This document shows, in pieces, positions 53,647 to 62,111 of a stretch of 64,000 nucleotides of DNA. How positions within the stretch are numbered: the first letter of the stretch is position 1; every line of letters starts with the position of its first letter. Under the pieces are notes generated by a model that did not search any database, was not told the origin of the DNA, and saw nothing but the letters and a program-made list of their open reading frames with translations. The position numbers and the translations under genes were made by a program. Origin of the DNA: Bacteroidota bacterium (GTDB lineage Bacteria; Bacteroidota; Bacteroidia; Flavobacteriales; BACL11). The DNA is taken from assembly GCA_036141595.1 (NCBI GenBank), contig JAYZXD010000040.1, positions 3,552-67,551 on the forward strand, in the 5' to 3' direction.

Positions 53647-54564
53647 TTATTCAACAACTAACTTAGCTACAGAACTTTTACCATTCAAAAAACTAATGTG
53701 TACAATGTATACACCAGAGGATAGATCCTCTGTGTAAATTGTATTTTTAAAAGATAAATTCTTTCCAATTACATTTTTTAATGAAATTTCTTTAATCTCA
53801 AAATTCGAGTTTATTGTGACTTGAGAACCCTCACTAGCAGGGTTTGGGTAGAGAACAAAAGATGGTTCTGTTAAATTTTCTGATAAATTTGATGTACCAA
53901 AACAATCACAATTATGAGCTCCTAAGCTTGTGTATGTAGCGTCAGGTAAAGAATCATATTCTAAAGTAGGGTCAAATAAGATTGGATTTTGAGTAACGCC
54001 GTTTTGTACAGATGATTTTCTAATTAATGTTTGCCTTTTTGTCCACCAGGTCCCTCCGTTTGCGTCAGTGTATCCTGCGGAAATATCATCTGTCCATGCT
54101 GCACCAGGATCTTCTCCAACTTTACCAAAAATATCAATGATATTTCCGTTTTTCTCAATAGTCATAGCGTCGTCACCATTGAAATAAAATGTATTATTAG
54201 CACTGTAGTCTCCACTACAATGATCGTTCAATAAGGCAAAAAAAGCTGGATCTACAGGAAGAGACCAGTAGGTTGAAACCCAAACAGAATCTTGTTGCCC
54301 ATTACCAACCACTACAACATCTCCAGAATTAATCGTTCCTGAAAGCTGCCATACTTCTGGATTAGAACTTGATCCATTACCATATCTGTTAATTGTATAG
54401 TCGGATAAATCTATATCAAAACTTGTAGGATTATAAATTTCAATTGCATTGTTGTTGCCAGGTCCTTCGACATATTCAGAAATAAATAAATCTGAACACA
54501 TGGTGTTTTGAGCACTTAAGCTAAGAGTAAAAATCATTGATAACAAAAACAGATATTTTTTCAT
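53647..54564 (-). CDS. Lamin-tail-domain protein with T9SS CTD
   Basis: DLFISEYVEG..NNNAIEIYNPT..IDLSDY, FNGDDA, TLIRK; CTD LYPNPA...GVYIV..KLVVE. Confidence 0.85.
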   Translation of the reverse strand: MKKYLFLLSMIFTLSLSAQNTMCSDLFISEYVEGPGNNNAIEIYNPTSFDIDLSDYTINRYGNGSSSNPEVWQLSGTINSGDVVVVGNGQQDSVWVSTYWSLPVDPAFFALLNDHCSGDYSANNTFYFNGDDAMTIEKNGNIIDIFGKVGEDPGAAWTDDISAGYTDANGGTWWTKRQTLIRKSSVQNGVTQNPILFDPTLEYDSLPDATYTSLGAHNCDCFGTSNLSENLTEPSFVLYPNPASEGSQVTINSNFEIKEISLKNVIGKNLSFKNTIYTEDLSSGVYIVHISFLNGKSSVAKLVVE

Positions 54565-54577
54565 TTTTTTTTTTTTT
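54564..54577. repeat. T14 (A14 on the mRNA) run ending in the A of the LTD start codon
   Basis: Direct count; variant promoter box TAGTTTAG at 54589-54596 on the minus strand. Confidence 0.85.
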
Positions 54578-54659
54578 GATTTGTGCTGCTAAACTACAAA
54601 AAGTAAAATAGAAAATATTATCAAAATATTAAATATATTTGAAATTATATAAGACTGTA

Positions 54660-56555
54660 ATGAAAAATAAAATCGACTCATTTAAAAAATATAAAGATGA
54701 ATACAAAAAAAGTGTTCAAAATCCTGAATTGTTCTGGAAAAAACAAGCTGATCAATTTAGTTGGGAAAAAAAATGGGATACAGTTCTAAAATGGGACTTT
54801 AATAAAGCTGATGTAAAGTGGTTTGAAGGAGGAAAGTTAAACATTACCACTAACTGTATTGACAGACATCTAAATAAAAACGCTAACAAAACTGCAATTA
54901 AATGGATTCCAAATAACACCAAAGAAGACACTATAAATATAAATTATTCTCAATTGCATAAACAGGTATGTAAATTTTCTAATGTACTTAAAAAAAATAA
55001 TATTAAAATAGGTGATCGTGTATGTATTTATATGCCTATGGTACCTGAACTTGTGATTGCAGTCTTAGCATGTGCACGTATTGGTGCAATTCACTCTGTT
55101 GTTTTTGCTGGTTTTTCTGCAACCTCTTTAAAAGACAGAATTAATGACGCCAGCTGTAGTCTTTTAATTACATCTGACGGAGGATTTAGGGGCAATAAAA
55201 TTATTCCCTTAAAAAATATTTCTGATGAAGCTATGAAAGAAACACCCTCAATAAAAAAATGTATTGTCTTAAAAAGAACAAAAACAACAGTAAATATGCA
55301 TAAAGATAGAGATGTTTGGTGGCATAAAGAAATGTTAGGCGCCAGTGAAAAATTTAATGCAGAGACAATGGATTCTGAAGATCCTCTTTTTATATTGTAT
55401 ACGTCTGGGTCTACTGGAAAACCAAAAGGAATCCTACATACTATAGCTGGATATATGGTATATACAGCATATACTTTTAAAAATGTTTTTCAGTATGATA
55501 ATGAAGATATTTATTGGTGTACAGCAGATATTGGATGGATAACGGGGCATTCCTACGTTATATACGGCCCTTTGCTAAATGCAGCTACATCTGTAATGTT
55601 TGAAGGTGTTCCTTCTTACCCTCATGAGGGAAGATTTTGGGAGATTATTGAAAAAGAAAAAATTAATATATTCTATACCGCCCCAACTGCAATAAGAGCC
55701 TTACAAGCCAAAGGAACAAAATTTGTTACACCTTTTGATTTAAAGTCTCTGAAAGTTTTAGGAACTGTTGGAGAACCTATAAATGATGATGCCTGGAAAT
55801 GGTATAACAAACATGTTGGAAACAATATGTGTCCAATTGTAGACAGTTGGTGGCAAACAGAAACTGGAGGAATAATGATTTCTAATTTAGCAGGCGTGAC
55901 CCCTTCTAGGGCTACATATGCTACACTTCCTCTTCCTGGTATCCAGCCTTGTATTGTAGATAATAAAGGTAATGAAATTAATGATTCCAATACCAAAGGA
56001 AATCTTTGTATTAAGTTCCCATGGCCATCTATAGCACGTACTATATATGGTGATCACAGAAGATTTAAAGACACTTATTTTAAAAAATTTAAAAATAAAT
56101 ATTTTACAGGAGATGGTGCATTAAAAGACAAAGATGGAATGTATAAAATTACAGGCAGAGTGGATGATGTTATTATTGTCTCCGGACATAACTTAGGTAC
56201 GGCAGAGATTGAAAGTGCCATTAATCAACATAAAAATATTTGCGAAAGCGCAGTTGTAGAATTTCCACATAAAATTAAGGGTAACGGAATTTATGCATTT
56301 GTCATATCCCGTGAACTACCAAAAAATCTAGATCAACAGAAAAAAGAAATCAATAATTTGATATCTTCTAATATTGGTCCAATTGCAAAAGCTGATAAAA
56401 TACAATTTGTAGAAGGCTTGCCAAAAACAAGATCTGGCAAAATTATGAGGCGTATATTAAGAAAAATTGCTAGTGGTAAAACTCATTCTTTAGGTGACAC
56501 TAGTACTTTGCTTGACTCTTCAATTGTTGATAAAATTAAATCAAATAGAGAATAA
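54660..56555 (+). CDS. acs: Acetate--CoA ligase
   Basis: YTSGSTGKPKG, WWQTETGG, PKTRSGKIMRR; ATG 54660 preferred, TATATTTG box at 54634-54641. Confidence 0.96.
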   Translation: MKNKIDSFKKYKDEYKKSVQNPELFWKKQADQFSWEKKWDTVLKWDFNKADVKWFEGGKLNITTNCIDRHLNKNANKTAIKWIPNNTKEDTININYSQLHKQVCKFSNVLKKNNIKIGDRVCIYMPMVPELVIAVLACARIGAIHSVVFAGFSATSLKDRINDASCSLLITSDGGFRGNKIIPLKNISDEAMKETPSIKKCIVLKRTKTTVNMHKDRDVWWHKEMLGASEKFNAETMDSEDPLFILYTSGSTGKPKGILHTIAGYMVYTAYTFKNVFQYDNEDIYWCTADIGWITGHSYVIYGPLLNAATSVMFEGVPSYPHEGRFWEIIEKEKINIFYTAPTAIRALQAKGTKFVTPFDLKSLKVLGTVGEPINDDAWKWYNKHVGNNMCPIVDSWWQTETGGIMISNLAGVTPSRATYATLPLPGIQPCIVDNKGNEINDSNTKGNLCIKFPWPSIARTIYGDHRRFKDTYFKKFKNKYFTGDGALKDKDGMYKITGRVDDVIIVSGHNLGTAEIESAINQHKNICESAVVEFPHKIKGNGIYAFVISRELPKNLDQQKKEINNLISSNIGPIAKADKIQFVEGLPKTRSGKIMRRILRKIASGKTHSLGDTSTLLDSSIVDKIKSNRE

Positions 56556-56581
56556 TTATTTAGATTATATACTTTTGCAGC

Positions 56582-57313
56582 GTGTCAGATAGCTTAATCA
56601 TCATACCAACCTTTAATGAAAAAGAAAATATTGAGAGTATCATAAAAAAAGTATTTTCTCTAAAAAAGCAGTTTAACATACTAATTGTCGATGATAATTC
56701 TCTTGATGGCACAGCCAATATTGTTAAAACACTACAAAAAACATACCCTAAAAAATTATTCATAGAAGAACGAAGCAAAAAGTTAGGTCTAGGTACCGCT
56801 TATATTCATGGTTTTAAGTGGGCCCTTAAAAAAGACTATGAATTCATTTTTGAAATGGATGCAGATTTTTCACACAACCCCGATGATTTAATTAAGCTGT
56901 ATGATGTAGTAAAAAACAACAATGGAGATTTAGCTATTGGATCAAGATATGTGAAGGGGGTAAATATTGTTAATTGGCCCATGAGTAGATTGCTTTTATC
57001 TTTTTTTGCTTCAAAATATGTTAAAATAATAACTGGCATGCCAATTCATGACTCTACCGCAGGCTTTAAATGTTACAAAAAGAAAATTTTACAAACAATA
57101 GAACTTGATAAGATCCAATTTGTAGGTTATGCATTTCAAATTGAAATGAAGTTTAAAGCGTGGAAGTATGGCTTTAGAATCGTCGAGGTACCTGTGATTT
57201 TTACTGACAGAAAGGAAGGCGTATCTAAAATGTCAGGAGGAATATTTTTTGAAGCAGTGTTTGGTGTATTACAAATGAAGATAAAAAGTATATTTAAAAA
57301 CTGGAAAAAATAA
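56582..57313 (+). CDS. Polyprenol monophosphomannose synthase-like GT2
   Basis: IIPTFNEKENI, VDDNS.DGT, KLGLGTAY, EMDADFSH; GTG start. Confidence 0.9.
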   Translation: MSDSLIIIPTFNEKENIESIIKKVFSLKKQFNILIVDDNSLDGTANIVKTLQKTYPKKLFIEERSKKLGLGTAYIHGFKWALKKDYEFIFEMDADFSHNPDDLIKLYDVVKNNNGDLAIGSRYVKGVNIVNWPMSRLLLSFFASKYVKIITGMPIHDSTAGFKCYKKKILQTIELDKIQFVGYAFQIEMKFKAWKYGFRIVEVPVIFTDRKEGVSKMSGGIFFEAVFGVLQMKIKSIFKNWKK

Positions 57314-57314
57314 A

Positions 57315-58649
57315 ATGCAAATATTGATAAAAAATGCTTGCGTAGTAAATGAAAATAAAATTTTTTCTTATGATGTTCTTATACGAAATGAAAAAATTTA
57401 TAAAATTGCCAAAAATATTGATTCTTATGCTGAGAAAGTAATAGATGCAGATGGCTTATTTTTAATTCCTGGTGTTATTGATGATCAAGTTCATTTTAGA
57501 GAGCCAGGTTTAACACACAAAGCCACTATTGGTACTGAAAGTAGAGCTGCAATTGCAGGTGGCATTACGTCATTTATGGAAATGCCAAACACAAAACCCC
57601 AAGCTTTGACACAAAAGCTTTTAGAAGATAAATTTAAAATAGCATCAGAGAATTCTTTAGCAAACTTTTCATTTTTTATGGGTGCCAGTAACGACAATCT
57701 TGATGAAATACTAAAAACAAACCCAAAAAATGTAGGTGCTATAAAAATATTTATGGGTTCATCAACAGGAAACATGCTGGTAGATAATAAAAAAGTTTTA
57801 GAAGAAATTTTTTCTAAATCTAAAATGCCAATTGCTGTGCATTGTGAAGATGAAGAAACGATTCAGCATAATTTAAATATTGCAATAAAAAAATACGGAA
57901 AAAAAATCCCAATAGAAGAGCATCCAAAAATAAGAAGTGTTGAAGCGTGCTATAAATCAAGCAAACTAGCTGTTGATTTAGCAAAAAAACACAATACTCG
58001 TCTTCACATATTTCATGTTTCAACAGAAAAAGAATTAGAGTTGTTTGAGAATAATAATGACTTAATTAATAAAAAAATAACGTCAGAAGTGTGTATTCAC
58101 CACTTGTATTTTGATGAAAAAGATTATAAATCAAAAGGGAATTTAATAAAGTGGAACCCTTCAGTAAAAAAATCTAGTGATCGTAAAGCTTTATTTCGCG
58201 CATTACTAAATGACAAAATAGACGTTATTGCTACCGATCATGCTCCTCACACTTTAGAAGAAAAAAATAAAAATTATTTAGACGCTCCATCTGGGGGGCC
58301 ACTAGTTCAACATGCTCTTAATGTCATGCTTGATTTTTATCACAAAGGTGAAATCTCTTTAGAAAAGATTGTAGAAAAAATGTGTCATAACCCTGCAATT
58401 TGTTTCAGTATTGAAAAAAGAGGGTTTATAAAAGAAGGGTACTATGCAGACCTAGTTCTATTAGATTTGAACAAATCTTGGCAAGTAAGTAAAAATAACA
58501 TTCTTTATAAATGTAAATGGTCTCCGTTTGAGGGCAAAATTTTTAATAGTAAAGTAACTCATACAATAGTAAACGGAAATATCGTTTATGAAAACGGTAT
58601 TTTTAATGAAAATAAAAAAGGAATGCGTCTAATGTTTGACAGGTCATAG
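57315..58649 (+). CDS. pyrC: Dihydroorotase
   Basis: DDQVHFREPG, EMPNT, KIFMGSSTG, KWNP, IATDHAPH. Confidence 0.92.
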   Translation: MQILIKNACVVNENKIFSYDVLIRNEKIYKIAKNIDSYAEKVIDADGLFLIPGVIDDQVHFREPGLTHKATIGTESRAAIAGGITSFMEMPNTKPQALTQKLLEDKFKIASENSLANFSFFMGASNDNLDEILKTNPKNVGAIKIFMGSSTGNMLVDNKKVLEEIFSKSKMPIAVHCEDEETIQHNLNIAIKKYGKKIPIEEHPKIRSVEACYKSSKLAVDLAKKHNTRLHIFHVSTEKELELFENNNDLINKKITSEVCIHHLYFDEKDYKSKGNLIKWNPSVKKSSDRKALFRALLNDKIDVIATDHAPHTLEEKNKNYLDAPSGGPLVQHALNVMLDFYHKGEISLEKIVEKMCHNPAICFSIEKRGFIKEGYYADLVLLDLNKSWQVSKNNILYKCKWSPFEGKIFNSKVTHTIVNGNIVYENGIFNENKKGMRLMFDRS

Positions 58650-58662
58650 CGAATAATAAATC

Positions 58663-58938
58663 TCAATTTTTTTGTTCAGATTTACATACTCTGTAGTTGT
58701 TCTTTTTAGCTAGAATTTTAAACTCTTTTAACGATATACCCTTAGCTAATGCTTCACAACACGGCATGGATCCGTCTTCTAAAAAAATACATTTGGTCGG
58801 ACCTTCAGTAGCATAACATCCGAGTGAACACCATTTTTCGCAAGCATCTTGACATACAATATTTTGTTTTTGTGATGAAGAGCATGCAGTAAAAACAACT
58901 AGAGCAAAAAGAGTTAGTATCTTTGAAAAAATATTCAT
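58663..58938 (-). CDS. Small cysteine-rich lipoprotein
   Basis: Lipobox FTAC; Cx3Cx3Cx3Cx8Cx9CC cluster; own TAACTTTG box at 58965-58972. Confidence 0.7.
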   Translation of the reverse strand: MNIFSKILTLFALVVFTACSSSQKQNIVCQDACEKWCSLGCYATEGPTKCIFLEDGSMPCCEALAKGISLKEFKILAKKNNYRVCKSEQKN

Positions 58939-58964
58939 ATAATTAGTACTATAATTTTATATTG

Positions 58965-58984
58965 CAAAGTTAATAATATATTTG
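58965..58984. promoter_or_regulatory. Back-to-back divergent -7 boxes (TAACTTTG on minus, TATATTTG on plus)
   Basis: Sequence tgcaaagttaataatatatttgca between two divergent lipoprotein genes. Confidence 0.6.
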
Positions 58985-58988
58985 CAGA

Positions 58989-59339
58989 ATGAGAGTTTTT
59001 ATAATTTGTCTTTTAATTCTTTTTGGTTGCCAAAAAAACATGCAAAATAACGATCTTGGTGTTTTATCAAAAAAAAAATTCACAACGGTTTTTAAAGAAA
59101 TTCATTTGGTAGAAGCTGAGTTTGAAATTAATAAACGAAATGGTGTCAAAAATGCCTATGACATTTTATTAAGTAATTATAATGATATTTATCAAAGAAA
59201 TCAAGTGAATGAAAAAGACTTTAAAAAGGCACTAGACTACTATGCACAGAGTCCAGAAAAACTAGAACAAATATACATTGATATTTTAGGTGATTTAAAG
59301 CAAGAAAAAACTATTCTTGATCAGCAAGAAACCAACTAA
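58989..59339 (+). CDS. DUF4296 lipoprotein
   Basis: LFGC lipobox; EIHLVEA, F..ALDYY...P..LEQIY; lies between pyrC and the epimerase. Confidence 0.75.
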   Translation: MRVFIICLLILFGCQKNMQNNDLGVLSKKKFTTVFKEIHLVEAEFEINKRNGVKNAYDILLSNYNDIYQRNQVNEKDFKKALDYYAQSPEKLEQIYIDILGDLKQEKTILDQQETN

Positions 59340-60315
59340 CATATTTACGTATTGTGCTATCAAAATCTGTAAACTCAAAAGATAAAAAACTCTTTATTTT
59401 TTTTGAATCATAAGCTTTGCTACTCATAGCAGAATTAGCCGTTTCTCTTGTAATAAGAGGGCTTTTGCCAGTCACAAAAGATCTTAAAGCTTCTATTCGC
59501 CATGCAACTTCTTTTAAAAAAGGTGTTACTTTAATTCTAGCTTTTGGCTTACTCATAGCCTCGGCTATCTTATTAAAACAATCTTGGTATTTTAAGTTAA
59601 TACCGTTAACAATATATCTTTCGTTTTTTGCAGAGGAAAAAAGAAGTTGTACTAATATATCTGCAACATCAACCACATCAACATAGCCTGTAGATCCTGT
59701 GGAGTAAAAATTTAAACCATTATATATTTTTTCAAAAATTTGAGAGCTCCCTTTTTGCCAATCTCCTGGCCCAAGAATCACTGATGGATTAATAATTATT
59801 ACATCAATTCCTTCTGCAGCTGCTCTCCAGACTTCTTGTTCTGCAAAATATTTAGTTATAGAATAATTACTTATGTTTTTTGTAAATTTAAAATCACAAG
59901 ATTCATTGATAATAGTGTTATTTTTGGTTGTCCCCAGTGTTGCTATTGAACTGACATAGCCAATTTTTTGAACTCCCGCATCTAATGCAACATTCACGAC
60001 ATTAGCAGTTCCTTCAGTATTTACTTTTTTCATTAAATCAACATCGTAAGGAGAAAAAGAAACAATAGCTGCACAATGTAATACCATGGTACACCCTTGA
60101 ATTGCATCTTCTAAAGAGCCAATATCATTGATATCTCCTTCTACCCAACTAATTTTTTCAAATAATTCAATTTCGTTATAATAACTAAAAACCTTTTGGC
60201 AAATTTTTAGTGATGAGGATGATCTTTTAAGAGCTCTAAAATTATTTCCTTGTTGAGATAATTTTAACAAAACATGTGAGCCTACCAAACCTGTTCCTCC
60301 TGTAACAAAAATCAT
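59311..60315 (-). CDS. NAD-dependent epimerase/dehydratase (extended SDR)
   Basis: VTGGTGLVG, HCAA, YSITK, NPSVILG. Confidence 0.9.
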   Translation of the reverse strand: MIFVTGGTGLVGSHVLLKLSQQGNNFRALKRSSSSLKICQKVFSYYNEIELFEKISWVEGDINDIGSLEDAIQGCTMVLHCAAIVSFSPYDVDLMKKVNTEGTANVVNVALDAGVQKIGYVSSIATLGTTKNNTIINESCDFKFTKNISNYSITKYFAEQEVWRAAAEGIDVIIINPSVILGPGDWQKGSSQIFEKIYNGLNFYSTGSTGYVDVVDVADILVQLLFSSAKNERYIVNGINLKYQDCFNKIAEAMSKPKARIKVTPFLKEVAWRIEALRSFVTGKSPLITRETANSAMSSKAYDSKKIKSFLSFEFTDFDSTIRKYVSWFLADQE

Positions 60316-60399
60316 ATAACAAAGATAAATGTTTAAATTTTAAGCCCCAAAAAATACGTCTCAGATTTAATTATTTATATATTTTTGAAAAAAAAACAC

Positions 60400-61668
60400 G
60401 TGAATTTTATTACTGAATTAAAATGGCGAGGTCTTGTTCATGATATTATGCCAGGTACAGAAGAGCAGTTTGAAAACAACATGACTTCTGCTTATATTGG
60501 TTTTGACCCCACAGCTGACAGTTTACACATAGGAAACTTAGTGCAAATCATGACTTTAGTTCACCTTCAAAAATGTGGCCACAAACCTTTTATTTTAGTA
60601 GGTGGTGCAACAGGAATGGTAGGCGACCCTTCAGGAAAAAGCAAAGAAAGAAACTTACTCGACTTAGAAACAATTAACCATAATTTAAAATGCATTAAAA
60701 ATCAACTTCAAAAATTTTTACATTTTGATAATAGTAAAAATAGCGCTGAAATTGTTAATAATTATAATTGGTTTGAGGAATTCAATTTTCTTGATTTCAT
60801 CAGAGATGTTGGTAAACACATTTCAATAAACTATATGATGTCAAAGGACTCTGTCAAAAGTCGTTTAGAATCAGGAATGAGTTTTACTGAATTTTCGTAT
60901 CAATTGGTGCAGGGTTATGATTTCTACTGGCTATGGAAAAATAAAAACTGTAAAGTGCAGTTAGGAGGTTCTGATCAGTGGGGAAATATTGTAACTGGCA
61001 CAGAACTAATTAGAAGGAAAGAAAATGGCAAGGCATTTGCTGTGACAACTCCATTAATTCAAAAATCCGACGGAGGCAAGTTTGGAAAAACAGAAAACGG
61101 AAATGTGTGGCTAGATAAAAGCAAAACTTCTGTATATAAGTTTTATCAATTTTGGCTCAATGCCTCTGATGAAGATTCAAAAAAATATATTTATATTTTT
61201 ACTTTATATTCTAAAGACCAAATTGTGGAGATTATTGCAAAACATGAAGAGAGTCCACACTTAAGGCTACTCCAAAAATCTATTGCTGATGAAATTACAA
61301 AAAGAGTCCACAGTAATGAGGAACTTGAAATAGCTAAAAAGGCATCTAATATTCTTTTTGGCAACTCTACAGAAAAGGATTTAAAATCTTTAGATGAAGA
61401 AACTTTTTTATCTGTTTTTGAAGGTGTTTCAACAACAAAAATAAAAATTAAAGATCTTGAAAATAATTTATTAGATATTCTTGTAGATAAGGCTAATGTT
61501 TTTACAAGTAAAGGTGAAGCAAGAAGAATGTTAAAAGCGAATGCAATAAGTATAAACAAAGAAAAAATAAATGAAGACTTTAGATTTTCTGAAAAAATCT
61601 TAATTAATAATAAGTATATTATTATACAAAAAGGTAAAAAAAATTATTACTTAATTATTGCTTCATAG
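60400..61668 (+). CDS. tyrS: Tyrosine--tRNA ligase
   Basis: GFDPTADSLHIGN, GGSDQWGN, KFGKT; GTG 60400 preferred, TATTTTTG box at 60380-60387. Confidence 0.97.
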   Translation: MNFITELKWRGLVHDIMPGTEEQFENNMTSAYIGFDPTADSLHIGNLVQIMTLVHLQKCGHKPFILVGGATGMVGDPSGKSKERNLLDLETINHNLKCIKNQLQKFLHFDNSKNSAEIVNNYNWFEEFNFLDFIRDVGKHISINYMMSKDSVKSRLESGMSFTEFSYQLVQGYDFYWLWKNKNCKVQLGGSDQWGNIVTGTELIRRKENGKAFAVTTPLIQKSDGGKFGKTENGNVWLDKSKTSVYKFYQFWLNASDEDSKKYIYIFTLYSKDQIVEIIAKHEESPHLRLLQKSIADEITKRVHSNEELEIAKKASNILFGNSTEKDLKSLDEETFLSVFEGVSTTKIKIKDLENNLLDILVDKANVFTSKGEARRMLKANAISINKEKINEDFRFSEKILINNKYIIIQKGKKNYYLIIAS

Positions 61669-62107
61669 CGTTCTTTAAAACCTCTTCAAATTTTTTGTAT
61701 TTCTTACTTCCAAATAAAATATTTTTACCGTTTGACAAATATATTTTTACTCCAAAATTACCGCTGACATTATAGGCCTTTCCATTAAAACCATGCTTTA
61801 TTCCCCACCCTCCATAATCAATAATTGGTCTATATTTTACTGCCTCTATTTTTTTAATCTCACTAAAATTAATTACATGCTTTTTAATATGAATTGGAAA
61901 AAACTGATAGTATAAACCCTCTTCTGTTATAAAAACTCTGAGTTCTAAAAAATAGAAGAAAACAAGTATCGCAATGCTGACAACAATATAACTAAGATTA
62001 AGATTATTTACATCAAAAGGATAAACAGCGAAAACCGGAAGAGAAAATAAAATTAACCACAGCCACCACTGGCTAAATTTTTGATTCTCGTTAAATAAAA
62101 CCTTCAT
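61655..62107 (-). CDS. Hypothetical membrane protein (bacterial PH-like/DUF6141-like)
   Basis: FNENQKFSQWW, two TMs, YRPIIDYGGWGIK, AYNVSG. Confidence 0.7.
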   Translation of the reverse strand: MKVLFNENQKFSQWWLWLILFSLPVFAVYPFDVNNLNLSYIVVSIAILVFFYFLELRVFITEEGLYYQFFPIHIKKHVINFSEIKKIEAVKYRPIIDYGGWGIKHGFNGKAYNVSGNFGVKIYLSNGKNILFGSKKYKKFEEVLKNAMKQ

Positions 62108-62111
62108 AAAT

